A stretch of 64,000 nucleotides of DNA from an uncultured Prolixibacteraceae bacterium. GTDB lineage: Bacteria > Bacteroidota > Bacteroidia > Bacteroidales > Prolixibacteraceae. Both the position numbers and the translations under genes were made by a program. Of this stretch, positions 19,151-29,478 are shown piece by piece (positions within the stretch are counted from its first letter, which is position 1; each line of letters starts with the position of its first letter). The DNA lies in NCBI GenBank assembly GCA_964495655.1, contig CAZBWK010000003.1, forward strand, positions 707 to 64,706, given 5' to 3'. A model generated the notes under the pieces. The model made no database searches and was not told where the DNA came from. It saw nothing but the letters and a program-made list of their open reading frames with translations.

Positions 19151-19182
19151 AACCACTTGTCATAACGGCAGGTGGTTTTTTT
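19151..19182 (+). terminator. Intrinsic terminator after rpsP
   Basis: A 9-bp stem aaccacttg/caggtggtt with one G-U pair and a 9-nt loop is followed by a T7 run. Confidence 0.7.
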
Positions 19183-19206
19183 ATAGGTTGAGGCTTATAA
19201 ATTCGT

Positions 19207-19214
19207 TATATTTG
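19207..19214 (+). promoter_or_regulatory. Putative -7 box abutting the rimM start
   Basis: TATATTTG ends 6 nt before the rimM ATG at 19221. This implies a leaderless or near-leaderless mRNA. Confidence 0.35.
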
Positions 19215-19220
19215 TAATGC

Positions 19221-19760
19221 ATGGAAACAATATTGAAAGAAAAATGTCGAAAAATAGGGTTCATCAGGAAGTCACATGGTGTGAAGGGGGAGGTGATCCT
19301 TGAATATGAACCTGCATTGGAGTATTCTGTGGCTCAGGCAAACCGTTTTTTTATTGACTTAGATGGTTTGCTGGTACCTTTTTTTGTGTCTGAAAACGGA
19401 CTCCAGCTGAGATCGTTTAGCACTGCACTGGTTAAATTCGACTGGGTGGAAAATGAAAAAGATGCTCACAGGATAACCGGCAGGGAAGTATATCTTTTTT
19501 TAACTGAAGTTGATGATAATTCTTCTTTAGATCTATTTTCCAAACTGGTTAACTATAGCGTATATGATGAAAACAATGAACTTGCCGGTGTGGTTGCAGC
19601 AGTTGATGACTTTTCAGGTAATATTGTCCTGAAAGTGGTTTCCGGATACAAAGAATTTTTAATACCTTACCATGATGAATTGCTGATTTCAATTGATAAA
19701 AAGAAGCAAAAAATAAAAATTCAAATTCCTGAAGGTTTACCGGGAATTAAAGAGGATTGA
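19221..19760 (+). CDS. rimM: 16S rRNA processing protein RimM
   Basis: 179 aa. It has the block KIGFIRKSHGVKGEV plus a PRC-barrel-like C-terminus, and sits at the canonical position after rpsP. Confidence 0.85.
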   Translation: METILKEKCRKIGFIRKSHGVKGEVILEYEPALEYSVAQANRFFIDLDGLLVPFFVSENGLQLRSFSTALVKFDWVENEKDAHRITGREVYLFLTEVDDNSSLDLFSKLVNYSVYDENNELAGVVAAVDDFSGNIVLKVVSGYKEFLIPYHDELLISIDKKKQKIKIQIPEGLPGIKED

Positions 19761-19814
19761 GTAAAAGACCCGTAAAAATAGATAATTGGATTATAAATAT
19801 TTAACAAAGTTACG

Positions 19815-20522
19815 ATGAAGTCAAAAAATTTAATTCTGTTAATGTTATTTCTGGGAATTTGTTTTACAAATATTGTAAATGCAGAAAATCAGGTTAGAGA
19901 GGTGCCCCCCTTTTCGGAGATTTCATTGAGGGTATCCGGAAAGTTATATATCAGGCAAGGTGATGACCAGAGTGTAGAAATATCAGCTAAGGCCTCCACT
20001 ATGGAGGAGATTATTACAGAGGTAAGAGGACGTACCTTAAACATTCGCTTTAAGCCTAAAAATTTGATTATAAGCAATTTTAATCCCGGGAATATTGAAA
20101 TTACCGTTACTGTTCCTGAGATCAATGCACTGTCAGTTTCAGGCACGGGAGACATAATAGCCGACAGGCTAGTTAATTCGCGCATAATTGACCTGACTGT
20201 AAGCGGAAGCGGGAATATTTTTATGGATGAATTGAATTCTGAGCGTGTTAAGGCTACAATCTCGGGATCGGGCGACATTGAGATAAAAGGAGGGAAGATC
20301 GTTCAAGAGCTTTCTGTGGTTATAAGTGGTTCGGGAAATGTCAGGGCCGGTAGTTATGAAGCTTCAAGTGTAGATGTTAAAATTGCAGGTTCAGGAAACT
20401 GTGATGTATACACCAATGGTAACCTTAAAGCCAGAGTAGCCGGTTCAGGCAGTGTATATTACCATGGTAATCCATCTGTCGACACTTCAGTGTTAGGTTC
20501 AGGAGTAATTGAAAAAAGATAG
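19815..20522 (+). CDS. DUF2807 / head-GIN-domain protein, secreted beta-helix
   Basis: 235 aa with a signal peptide. It has repeated ..SG(S/T)G(D/N)I.. rungs. Confidence 0.65.
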   Translation: MKSKNLILLMLFLGICFTNIVNAENQVREVPPFSEISLRVSGKLYIRQGDDQSVEISAKASTMEEIITEVRGRTLNIRFKPKNLIISNFNPGNIEITVTVPEINALSVSGTGDIIADRLVNSRIIDLTVSGSGNIFMDELNSERVKATISGSGDIEIKGGKIVQELSVVISGSGNVRAGSYEASSVDVKIAGSGNCDVYTNGNLKARVAGSGSVYYHGNPSVDTSVLGSGVIEKR

Positions 20523-20642
20523 ATTAAAAATAACATTTGTTAGTATTTTTATGTTTTTTATTGTTTAACTTACCCTTGTTTTTTTTACTCATATATCTAA
20601 TTGTAAGAAAAGTATAACAATAATTAATTTAAATTTTTATCT

Positions 20643-21080
20643 ATGGGTATGTTAAAAGAATTCAAGAGTTTTGCCATGAAAGGCAATGTTCTCGATCTGG
20701 CTGTTGCAGTAATTATTGGAGGCGCTTTCGGGAAGATAGTTACTTCATTTGTAAATGATGTTATTATGCCGCCCGTAGGTTTATTGCTGGGCAATACCGA
20801 TTTCAGTAATCTGAGAGTTATTTTAAAAAGAGGGAGCGAAGCAGTGACGGAGGGTGATACGGTGATAGCGCCTGCAGTTGCTGAGGTCTCTCTCAGGTAT
20901 GGGGCATTTATTAATACTGTTTTGGATTTTTTAATTGTTGCTCTTGTCATTTTTTTGGTTATCAGGGCATATAACAATTTGAAAAAGAAAGAAGAGGCGG
21001 CTCCGGCACCTCCTCCTGAACCTTCGAAAGAAGAAATTTTACTTAAAGAGATAAGGGATATTTTAAAAGAGAAGAAATAA
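20643..21080 (+). CDS. mscL: Large-conductance mechanosensitive channel
   Basis: 145 aa. The N-terminus is [44 protein letters not shown]. Confidence 0.95.
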   Translation: MGMLKEFKSFAMKGNVLDLAVAVIIGGAFGKIVTSFVNDVIMPPVGLLLGNTDFSNLRVILKRGSEAVTEGDTVIAPAVAEVSLRYGAFINTVLDFLIVALVIFLVIRAYNNLKKKEEAAPAPPPEPSKEEILLKEIRDILKEKK

Positions 21081-21101
21081 GACAACAGATTTTTTTTATT
21101 G

Positions 21102-21665
21102 TTATTTCCGGATAATGTCAATACGTCCGTCGGGCCAGAGTTTTATGATCTCTGACGGGCGTGTTGGCGTTTTATCCTCTTGCCGGTATTGAACGATATA
21201 GTCTACGCGGGCTTTTATTTTTTCTGAAATTTCGTCAAAACTGGCAGGTGTCTTTTCTGAACTGATGTTTGCCGAGGTTGAAACAACAGGCCTGCGAAAT
21301 TTTTGAAGGAGGCGGGTTGTGAATTCTTCTTTGGTAAACCGTATACCAATACTTCCATCTTTGGAAATCAGGTTTGGAGCCAGATTTTTTGCATTCGGAT
21401 ATATCACTGTGAGCGGGGCAGTGCTGATCTCTATCAGGTCCCAGGCAATATCCGGAACATCATCTACGTACCGTTCAAGCAGGGCAGGATTTTCCATAAG
21501 TACAAGCATGCTTTTTGAGTCTTCACGCTCCTTGATGCGGTATATTCTTTCTATCGCCTCCCGCTTAGTTGCATCGCAGCCTATCCCCCAGACAGTGTCT
21601 GTGGGATATAAGATAACACCGCCATTTTTTAATGTTTCCACTGCATTTTTTAAGTCCTCAACCAT
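21102..21665 (-). CDS. tsaC: L-threonylcarbamoyladenylate synthase (YrdC/TsaC type)
   Basis: 187 aa. Blocks ILYPTDTVWGIGCDA and STSANISS match the family. Its start overlaps the stop of the upstream glycosyltransferase gene (ATGGTTGA). Confidence 0.8.
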   Translation of the reverse strand: MVEDLKNAVETLKNGGVILYPTDTVWGIGCDATKREAIERIYRIKEREDSKSMLVLMENPALLERYVDDVPDIAWDLIEISTAPLTVIYPNAKNLAPNLISKDGSIGIRFTKEEFTTRLLQKFRRPVVSTSANISSEKTPASFDEISEKIKARVDYIVQYRQEDKTPTRPSEIIKLWPDGRIDIIRK

Positions 21666-22779
21666 CTTTCTTTTTTAACAAATTAACATAGACTGAAACT
21701 AATTGTTCAGCAGAAGATTCAGGATGGAACCGGATTGCACGGGTTTTACCTTTATTTATCAGTTCATTTTTTAAGCTGTCATCATTCAGGATAGTGGAAA
21801 TTTTGTTGCCTATATCCTTAATATCTTCAGGATCACAAAATAAAGCTGCATCGCCGGCAGTTTCAGACAGTCCTGAACCCAGGGATGCAAGCACGGGACA
21901 ACCACTTGCCATTGCCTCTGTGACAGGCAGTCCGAATCCTTCAAATTTGGAAATATAAGCAGAAAAGGTGGCATTCTGATATAGGACAGCCAGTTCATTG
22001 ACCGGCAGGTTTTGAAGAAAAATTATTTTGTTACCTGATGCTCCCGTATCTCTGTATTGTTGCAATTTTTTAAAATAGGAAGTGCGATTACCAACAATAA
22101 CCAGAGGTATGTCAATGCCTGACTCATCGATTCCCTTTATTAGTGAAAGCTGATTTTTCCGGGGTTCGATTGTCCCGACTGTCAGAATATACTTTTCGGG
22201 GATATTGTACTTTTCAAGGATATTTTGTTTATCCTGCTTTTCGAAAAAAGCCGGGTTTACAGGTTGACAGACTACCTCTATCTTATCAGGTGGTATACCC
22301 AGAAATGTTATGATATCATTTTTTGTCTGGTTACTGATCGCTAGTATTTTATCAGCTACAGTGCAGGCATACTTAAATTTCAGGTGGTAAATCCTCCTGT
22401 CTGCCGGGTTATACAATCCGGGATATCTTATAAAGATCAAATCATGTATTGTTACTACCGATAATATGCCGCTCTTTTTTATACCTGCAGGTAATTCATT
22501 ACTAAGTCCGTGAAAAATATCAGGTTGATGTTTTTTTATTACAGGCACAAGGAAAAAACTCCTCCAAAGAGAGTTCATTCTGACAGAGACCTGATTTTTT
22601 GGTGTAACAGTTTTAAAATCTGAATGATTTTGAAACAAAGTGTTATCTGTTTTGGGTGAGAAAAGTATATATTCATTCTCGTTGAAATACCTTTTAAGGG
22701 CATTCAGTGTATTCCTGCTATAATTTCCCAGTCCTGAAGAGTTAAGAAAAGCTCTCTTTGCATCAAATCCGATTTTCAC
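21658..22779 (-). CDS. Glycosyltransferase family 4
   Basis: 373 aa. The C-terminal block is EGFGLPVTEAMASGCPV (E-x7-E). The start codon is GTG. Confidence 0.8.
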   Translation of the reverse strand: MKIGFDAKRAFLNSSGLGNYSRNTLNALKRYFNENEYILFSPKTDNTLFQNHSDFKTVTPKNQVSVRMNSLWRSFFLVPVIKKHQPDIFHGLSNELPAGIKKSGILSVVTIHDLIFIRYPGLYNPADRRIYHLKFKYACTVADKILAISNQTKNDIITFLGIPPDKIEVVCQPVNPAFFEKQDKQNILEKYNIPEKYILTVGTIEPRKNQLSLIKGIDESGIDIPLVIVGNRTSYFKKLQQYRDTGASGNKIIFLQNLPVNELAVLYQNATFSAYISKFEGFGLPVTEAMASGCPVLASLGSGLSETAGDAALFCDPEDIKDIGNKISTILNDDSLKNELINKGKTRAIRFHPESSAEQLVSVYVNLLKKKDG

Positions 22780-22801
22780 ATCATATTTTATTTGTCAGGC
22801 T

Positions 22802-24067
22802 TTAAACTTTAAAATCTTTCAATCCTTCAAAATCGACAGTGGCAAAATAATCTTCTATAGTTTCAGGCCGCCTGATCTCTTTAACTTCACCATTTTCGCG
22901 AAGCAGCAACTCGCCTGATCTGAGTTTGCCATTATAGTTAAATCCCATAGCATGCCCGTGAGCTCCGGTATCGTGAATAACTACAATATCACCAGGTTCA
23001 AGCTCAGGCAGCATCCTGTCTATTGCAAATTTATCGTTATTTTCACAAAGTGAACCTGTTACATCATATTTAAAAGTATGGGGTTTATTTTCTTTGCCGG
23101 GAACAGTTATATGATGATATGCCCTGTATATTCCGGGCCTCATAAGGTTTGCCATACTTGCATCCAGTCCTGCGAACATTTTGTATGTTTTTTTAATATG
23201 CAACACCTTGGTTATCAAATATCCGTAAGGTCCGGTAATTGCCCTGCCCGATTCAAAAAATATCTTCAGAGGTGCAAGTCCGTTACCTTCAATCTTCTCT
23301 TCATAAAGTTTTTTAATTCCGGCGCTTACATACTCCAGGTCAACTGCCTTTTGTCCGGGTTTATAAGGAATGCCGATCCCGCCGCCAAGGTTGGCAAAGT
23401 TTATACGCACTCCGGCTTTTTCTGCCACCTCTGCTACCAGGTTAAATAATATTTCAGCAGTTTCAATGAAATAATCAGGGTCAAGTTCATTTGAGGCAAC
23501 CATAGTATGCACTCCAAATTGTTTAACTCCTTTGTTCCTTAATATTTTGTAACCTTCAATAATTTGTTCGTGTGTAAATCCATACTTTGCTTCCTCAGGA
23601 TGGCCAATGATCAGGTTTCCTTGTTTAAGGTCTCCCGGGTTATAACGCATACAGATCGTTTCAGGAATACCGACATTTTTTTCAAGGTATCCGATATGAG
23701 AAATATCATCAAGATTGATGATGGCGCCCATATCTTTTGCCAGTTTAAACTCTTCTGCCGGAGTGTCGTTTGAAGTAAGCATTATTTCATCTCCCGACAT
23801 ACCTATACGCCGGGCCAGTTCAAGTTCAGTTTCTGAACTGCAGTCAATACCGAAACCCTCTTCCCTCAGTATTTTCATCAGGTAAGGATTTGGAGTTGCC
23901 TTTATTGCAAAATACTCTTTAAATCCTTCGTTCCATTCAAATGCCTTTTTAAACCTGAATGCATTAGCCCTGATTGCTTTCTCGTCATAAATATGAAAAG
24001 GTGTTGGATAGGTTTTTATTATCTCTTCAAGTTGTAATTTTGAAATTGGTATTTTTTTATCTGTCAT
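22802..24067 (-). CDS. lysA: Diaminopimelate decarboxylase (PLP, fold type III)
   Basis: 421 aa. Blocks YPTPFHIYDE, FAIKATPNP and GGGIGIPY match the family. It is clustered with dapF and dapL. Confidence 0.8.
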   Translation of the reverse strand: MTDKKIPISKLQLEEIIKTYPTPFHIYDEKAIRANAFRFKKAFEWNEGFKEYFAIKATPNPYLMKILREEGFGIDCSSETELELARRIGMSGDEIMLTSNDTPAEEFKLAKDMGAIINLDDISHIGYLEKNVGIPETICMRYNPGDLKQGNLIIGHPEEAKYGFTHEQIIEGYKILRNKGVKQFGVHTMVASNELDPDYFIETAEILFNLVAEVAEKAGVRINFANLGGGIGIPYKPGQKAVDLEYVSAGIKKLYEEKIEGNGLAPLKIFFESGRAITGPYGYLITKVLHIKKTYKMFAGLDASMANLMRPGIYRAYHHITVPGKENKPHTFKYDVTGSLCENNDKFAIDRMLPELEPGDIVVIHDTGAHGHAMGFNYNGKLRSGELLLRENGEVKEIRRPETIEDYFATVDFEGLKDFKV

Positions 24068-24177
24068 ATATATTTTAAGAAATGGTGCTTAACAAAAATA
24101 TAATATTAATAGTTTTTAATAGAATTGATCTAAATAAAGAGTGAAAGTTTATCGGAGAATTAATAATTATAATAATA

Positions 24178-25038
24178 TCAGCCCAGATCGGCTATAAGTT
24201 CCCTGCTTAAAGTACCGCTGGCAATCTCCCTGACTTCACCTGTCATTGCAATATTCCAGTTATCATCGATCCCGATCTTCAGATCTCCTCCTGCCATTTT
24301 AATATTCAGTTCAGGTTTTACAATTCCTTTTTTTACCAGTACCGCTGCCACGGCACATGCCGAGCTTCCTGATGCCAGGGTATATCCGGCCCCTCGTTCC
24401 CATATCAGTATCTCAACTTCTGTTGGAGATATAATCCTGGCAAATTGCACATTGATGCGGTTGGGGAAGATCGGATTAGTTTCAATTTGAGGCCCGAAGG
24501 TTAAAAGTTCTTTTTTATCAAGAATATCTTTTATTATGATACAGTGAGGATTACCAACTGATACGCAGTTAATAATATAATCCCTGTATTCAAGGTTAAT
24601 GACTTCGTCGAGACACTCTTCTTTACTGCATTTAACCGGAACAGATTCTGAAGAGAACACCGCCTTTCCCATGTCAACTTTAATAATGCGGGCTTTTCCG
24701 TAATTCTCTTCAATTATTTTAGCCTGGACAAGGCCACCCGGAGTTTCTATAGTAAAGCACGGCGATTTTGCAAATTTCAGGTCGTACAGATATTTTGCAA
24801 AAATTCTCAATCCGTTGCCACTCTTTTCTGCTTCAGATCCGTCAGGGTTTAATATCCTTAATCCGAATGCAGCTTTATAACTCGGAACTTTGAGAAGTAT
24901 CCCGTCAGAACCAATTCCGTAATGAACATCACAAATTCTTTTTATTGCCTCTGCGGTTAAATCAAATTGTATTTCATTTTGATTTAATACAATATAATCG
25001 TTCCCTAATCCGTGTGATTTTACAAAGAAATTCTGCAT
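24178..25038 (-). CDS. dapF: Diaminopimelate epimerase
   Basis: 286 aa. Blocks F.KSHGLGNDYIV, GNPHCI and the second catalytic Cys region SGSSACA match DapF. Confidence 0.9.
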   Translation of the reverse strand: MQNFFVKSHGLGNDYIVLNQNEIQFDLTAEAIKRICDVHYGIGSDGILLKVPSYKAAFGLRILNPDGSEAEKSGNGLRIFAKYLYDLKFAKSPCFTIETPGGLVQAKIIEENYGKARIIKVDMGKAVFSSESVPVKCSKEECLDEVINLEYRDYIINCVSVGNPHCIIIKDILDKKELLTFGPQIETNPIFPNRINVQFARIISPTEVEILIWERGAGYTLASGSSACAVAAVLVKKGIVKPELNIKMAGGDLKIGIDDNWNIAMTGEVREIASGTLSRELIADLG

Positions 25039-25163
25039 AATTTACTTTTTTGTTTTACAAAAGTATTAAACATCAGACAATTTTCCCTGCCGAAAGCCTG
25101 TGAATTATGTGCTGAACAATTTATTTTTAACTTTGTAGCTATATACACACGAAAACTAATGAT

Positions 25164-26393
25164 ATGGCATTAATTAATGAAAATTATCTAAAACTAAAGG
25201 CGGGGTATTTATTTCCGGAAATTGGGAGGAGGGTAGAACAGTTCATCACTTCTAATCCAGGCAGCAAAATTATCAAAATGGGTATTGGCGATGTTACGCG
25301 CCCGCTCGTTCCTTCAGTAATTAATGCATTTCACGAGGGTGTTAAGGAGATGGCTGAACCGGAGTCATTTAAGGGATACGGACCTGAACAGGGATACTCT
25401 TTCCTGCGTGAGATAATTGCTGAAAATGATTACCAGATGAGAGGGATTGATATTTCTGCTGATGATATTTTTATTTCCGATGGATCAAAATGCGATACCG
25501 GCAATATTCAGGAAATATTCAGCAGTGACAGTAAAATTGCAATTTGCGACCCTGTTTACCCAGTATATGCCGATACCACTGTCATGTCGGGTAAAACCGG
25601 ACCCTGTCAGGCCAACGGTTATTACGAAGGCATCATATATATGCCGTGTACCAGGGAGAACGGGTTTATTCCTGAATTACCCCGGGAAAGGCCGGATCTT
25701 ATATTTCTTTGCTACCCCAATAATCCTACCGGTACTGTTGCCTCCACAGAGGAGTTGAAAAAGTGGGTTGACTATGCCGGTAAAAACAGATGTATCATAT
25801 TATATGATGCAGCATATGAGGCTTTTATCAAAGAAGATGATGTTCCACATTCGATATACGAGATTGAGGGAGCTAAAAAGGTGGCAATTGAGTTTAGGAG
25901 TTTTTCAAAAACCGCGGGGTTCACCGGGACAAGGTGTGCATTTGCTGTTGTTCCTGAGGAGTTAAAAGCTTACGATAAATCGGGAAATGCCTGTTCTGTA
26001 AAAGCATTGTGGAACCGGCGGCAGTCAACAAAATTCAATGGTGTTTCCTATCCTGTGCAGAAAGCAGCTTCTGCTGTTTATTCGAAAGAGGGCAAAAAAG
26101 AGGTAGCAGAAGTTATTGACTATTATCTTGGTAATGCAAAAATAATGAAAGAAAGCCTTACAAATGCCGGTTATGAAGTTTATGGAGGTGTTAATGCACC
26201 ATATATCTGGGTAAGGACCAAAGGTGGTATGAAGTCGTGGGACTTTTTCGATAAATTGCTCAAAGAGGCTAATGTTGTCGGAACTCCGGGCTCGGGCTTC
26301 GGCCCTTCAGGTGAGGGATATTTTCGGTTTTCTGCCTTCGCTGACCGTCAGAGTACTGTTGAAGCAATGGAAAGGATTAAAAAACTGGCATAA
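25164..26393 (+). CDS. dapL: LL-diaminopimelate aminotransferase
   Basis: 409 aa. The N-terminus [20 protein letters not shown] and the blocks [15 protein letters not shown] and NGVSYPVQ are characteristic of DapL. Confidence 0.85.
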   Translation: MALINENYLKLKAGYLFPEIGRRVEQFITSNPGSKIIKMGIGDVTRPLVPSVINAFHEGVKEMAEPESFKGYGPEQGYSFLREIIAENDYQMRGIDISADDIFISDGSKCDTGNIQEIFSSDSKIAICDPVYPVYADTTVMSGKTGPCQANGYYEGIIYMPCTRENGFIPELPRERPDLIFLCYPNNPTGTVASTEELKKWVDYAGKNRCIILYDAAYEAFIKEDDVPHSIYEIEGAKKVAIEFRSFSKTAGFTGTRCAFAVVPEELKAYDKSGNACSVKALWNRRQSTKFNGVSYPVQKAASAVYSKEGKKEVAEVIDYYLGNAKIMKESLTNAGYEVYGGVNAPYIWVRTKGGMKSWDFFDKLLKEANVVGTPGSGFGPSGEGYFRFSAFADRQSTVEAMERIKKLA

Positions 26394-26475
26394 TAAAATA
26401 CCCTGTGCGACTGATAAGTGATTAATAGTCTTATAATCAGTATAAAAAATATTCAGGGTGAAATAATAAAAGCAG

Positions 26476-26501
26476 GGAGGGTGAACTATTCACCCTTTTT
26501 T
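26476..26501 (+). terminator. Intrinsic terminator after dapL
   Basis: The hairpin agGGTGaactattCACCct is followed by a T6 run. It lies between two convergent genes. Confidence 0.6.
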
Positions 26502-26509
26502 GATTATTG

Positions 26510-27745
26510 TTATACAGATTCCCGGACAGTGGCTTCTTCTGCAATTTTTATTTTTCTGCCGGGGTATGCTATTAATGCTTCTTCAAGTATTTTGAGGCAG
26601 ACCGCAAGGTCTTCCTTTTTGAGCACATAAGCAATTCGCACCTCATCCTTTCCTTTGTCGGGCAATGTATAAAAACCGCTAGCCGGGGCCAGGAACAGGG
26701 TTTGATTATTATATTGAAATTCTGAAAGCATCCATGCACAAAAATCATCTGCATCATCCACGGGCAGGCGCGCTACCGTATAAAAGGCACCCATTGGTAT
26801 TGGTGAATATACTCCGTCAATGCGGTTAAGTCCGTCGATTAAAAATTTCCTGCGGTTAACATATTCATTATAGTTATTCAACATGTAGTCAGGATCTGCA
26901 TCCAGAGAAGCCTCGGCGGCAATTTGTCCGATCAGCGGCGGACTAAGGCGTGCCTGGCAAAATTTAAGGACATTGTGCCTTACCTCAGTATTTTTAGTTA
27001 TAAGGGCGCCAATACGAAGGCCACATTCACTGTATCTTTTAGATACCGAGTCAATTAAAACCACATTCTGCTCAATTCCCTCAAGATGGAAAGCCGAAAT
27101 ATATGGTGATCCTGTATAGCAAAATTCGCGGTATACCTCATCGGAAAAAAGATAGAGGTCATATTTTTTGACCAGGTCGCGGATCTTGTTCATCTCCTCC
27201 CTTGTATATAGGTAACCTGTTGGATTATTGGGATTACAGATCATAATTCCTCTGGTTTTCGGAGTGATCAGTTTTTCAAACTCCTCTACCGGCGGAAGTG
27301 CGAACCCTTCCTCAATATTGGCTGCAATTGATTTAATTACGGCGCCTGCCACTATTGCAAAAGCTTCATAGTTGGCGTATGCAGGTTCCGGGACTATTAT
27401 TTCATCGCCCGGATCCAGGCAGCTCATAAATGCAAAGGTGACAGCTTCGCTTCCTCCTGTGGTGATGATAATATCATCCACACTGACATCAATCATATAC
27501 TTATTATAATATCGTACCAGCTTTTCCCGAAATGACCTGATCCCCTCACTTGGCGAGTATTCAATAGTTGTGCGGTCGATCATTTTAATCGCTTTTAATG
27601 CCTGCGGAGGAGTGGGCAGGTCAGGCTGCCCTATGTTAAGATGATAAACTTTTATGCCCCTCTCTTTTGCTTTTTCGGCAAGAGGGGATAATTTTCTGAT
27701 TGGTGAATCAGGCATCGCTTTTCCTCTGTTTGATACTGCTGGCAT
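26510..27745 (-). CDS. Class I/II PLP-dependent aminotransferase (aspartate/aromatic type)
   Basis: Blocks PDSPIRKL, NIGQPD, NPNNPTG and SVSKRYS match the family. The ORF-track start is a TTG at 27778. I prefer the ATG at 27745 (MPAVSNRGKA...). Confidence 0.8.
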   Translation of the reverse strand: MPAVSNRGKAMPDSPIRKLSPLAEKAKERGIKVYHLNIGQPDLPTPPQALKAIKMIDRTTIEYSPSEGIRSFREKLVRYYNKYMIDVSVDDIIITTGGSEAVTFAFMSCLDPGDEIIVPEPAYANYEAFAIVAGAVIKSIAANIEEGFALPPVEEFEKLITPKTRGIMICNPNNPTGYLYTREEMNKIRDLVKKYDLYLFSDEVYREFCYTGSPYISAFHLEGIEQNVVLIDSVSKRYSECGLRIGALITKNTEVRHNVLKFCQARLSPPLIGQIAAEASLDADPDYMLNNYNEYVNRRKFLIDGLNRIDGVYSPIPMGAFYTVARLPVDDADDFCAWMLSEFQYNNQTLFLAPASGFYTLPDKGKDEVRIAYVLKKEDLAVCLKILEEALIAYPGRKIKIAEEATVRESV

Positions 27746-27972
27746 TTTGTATAAATTATAAAACAGGCAAAGATACAAGTATCAGTCATAAAACAATAGG
27801 TAATGAAATTTTTCAGTCTGGGCTTTTATTAAAAAATTAACTTCAGATAACCAATTGCCGGTCCTCTTTGTACCGGTTACTTTAAAATAAGCTGTTATTT
27901 ATTAATTTATATCATATTTTGATAACTTTGGATAATATATTTTTGGTATAACAAATTTAATAAGCCATAACC

Positions 27973-29136
27973 ATGATAATAGGTATTCCCAAAGAGATCA
28001 TGCCGGGAGAGAACCGTGTTGCGGCTATTCCGGAGACAGTAAGAAAGATGACCGGCGGCGGATCCGCAGTTCTTTTAGAGGCCGGGGCCGGTGCAGGATC
28101 ACATTACAGTGACGATTCCTACCGGGCAGAGGGAGCAGTCATTACAGAGGATGTAAAGGAGTTATATGCCCGCAGTGAGGTTATACTGAAGGTAAAGGAG
28201 CCGCTGTACAACCAGCAGCAGGGATGCCATGAGCTTGAGATGATGCATAGTGGCCAGTACCTGATATCTTTTTTGCATCCGGCCTCACCTGCTAACCACG
28301 GGATGGTCATGCAGATGGCAGAGCGGGGTATCACAGGTCTGACCCTTGACGGGGTACCGCGTATAAGCCGTGCGCAGCCGATGGATGCTCTCTCTTCTAT
28401 GAGTGCCTGTGCCGGTTATAAAGGTATGATAATGGGTGTTAATGCTATCAGCAAGTTTATTCCCTTTGTTACCAGCGCAGTTGGCAGGCTTAAGCCTGCA
28501 ACGGTTCTGGTTATCGGGACGGGCGTAGCCGGCCTCCGGGCCCTTGCCACAGCCAAGGGGCTTGGCGCATCGGTATATTCGGCAGACATCAGGCCTGAGG
28601 CCAACAGGAATGCCGAGTCGCTGGGAGCAGTGATTGTTGATACCGGCGTTCCTGAAGAGATTGCTGTAAGTCCCGACGGCAAACATGCAAACCATCTGTC
28701 GGAGAAATGGCTTCAGGTTGAGAGGGAGCATCTCGGGGACATTATTTCACGTGCTGACATAGTTTTTTGTTCAGCTCTTATCCATGGCAAGGTTGCCCCT
28801 ATACTGATAACTGAGGATATGGTCAAAACGATGCAACCTGGCAGCTGTATAGTCGATATATCGATCGACCAGGGGGGCAACTGCGAGATCACTCCTCCCG
28901 GCGCTGTTGACACTAAATATGGAGTAATTATAGAAGGCATTAAAAATATCCCCGGAATGCTCTCAACCAGCTCGACAATTATGTTTTCCAGGAACATATA
29001 TAACCTTCTTGAGTTTTTGATGCGCGATGCAACCCTTACCCTTGACCTGGATGATGAGATCGTATCCTCGATTCTTGTTACGCGCGACGGGGAGATATTG
29101 CATGAAGGCACCCTTGAGGCTATGGGCTTAAGATAA
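27973..29136 (+). CDS. pntAA: NAD(P) transhydrogenase subunit alpha, part 1 (dI)
   Basis: 387 aa. Blocks MIIGIPKEIMPGENRVA and VIGTGVAGL match the dI domain. Confidence 0.92.
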   Translation: MIIGIPKEIMPGENRVAAIPETVRKMTGGGSAVLLEAGAGAGSHYSDDSYRAEGAVITEDVKELYARSEVILKVKEPLYNQQQGCHELEMMHSGQYLISFLHPASPANHGMVMQMAERGITGLTLDGVPRISRAQPMDALSSMSACAGYKGMIMGVNAISKFIPFVTSAVGRLKPATVLVIGTGVAGLRALATAKGLGASVYSADIRPEANRNAESLGAVIVDTGVPEEIAVSPDGKHANHLSEKWLQVEREHLGDIISRADIVFCSALIHGKVAPILITEDMVKTMQPGSCIVDISIDQGGNCEITPPGAVDTKYGVIIEGIKNIPGMLSTSSTIMFSRNIYNLLEFLMRDATLTLDLDDEIVSSILVTRDGEILHEGTLEAMGLR

Positions 29137-29160
29137 GGGGGAATAAAAAAAATCGGGATT

Positions 29161-29478
29161 ATGACACTTATTCAATATATACTTGTAGTTATCTTTATAG
29201 TAGCGGCGGTAGTTGGTTACCTTTTGATCAACAATGTGCCTTCTCGTTTGCACACTCCCCTTATGTCGGGCATGAATGCCCTTTCGGGAGTTACAATAGT
29301 GGGAGCCCTTTTGGCCACAGCCGCGGCTCTTTCCGGTGGCAGTCCGGTGACCGGCTATATTTTTGGCACTTTAGCAATCATCCTTGCAATGGTAAATGTT
29401 TCAGGGGGATTTGCAGTGACCGACAGGATGCTTAAGATGTTTGGACGCCATAACCAAAACAGTGATAAAGATGAGTGA
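29161..29478 (+). CDS. pntAB: NAD(P) transhydrogenase subunit alpha, part 2 (membrane)
   Basis: 105 aa with three or four transmembrane helices (LHTPLMSGMNALSG), located between pntAA and pntB. Confidence 0.9.
   Translation: MTLIQYILVVIFIVAAVVGYLLINNVPSRLHTPLMSGMNALSGVTIVGALLATAAALSGGSPVTGYIFGTLAIILAMVNVSGGFAVTDRMLKMFGRHNQNSDKDE

Noticed and set aside
20624-21121. A 165-aa minus-strand ORF covering all of mscL.
   Set aside because: MscL on the plus strand is unambiguous. The antisense product is low-complexity, begins inside the tsaC 3' end, and has no motif.
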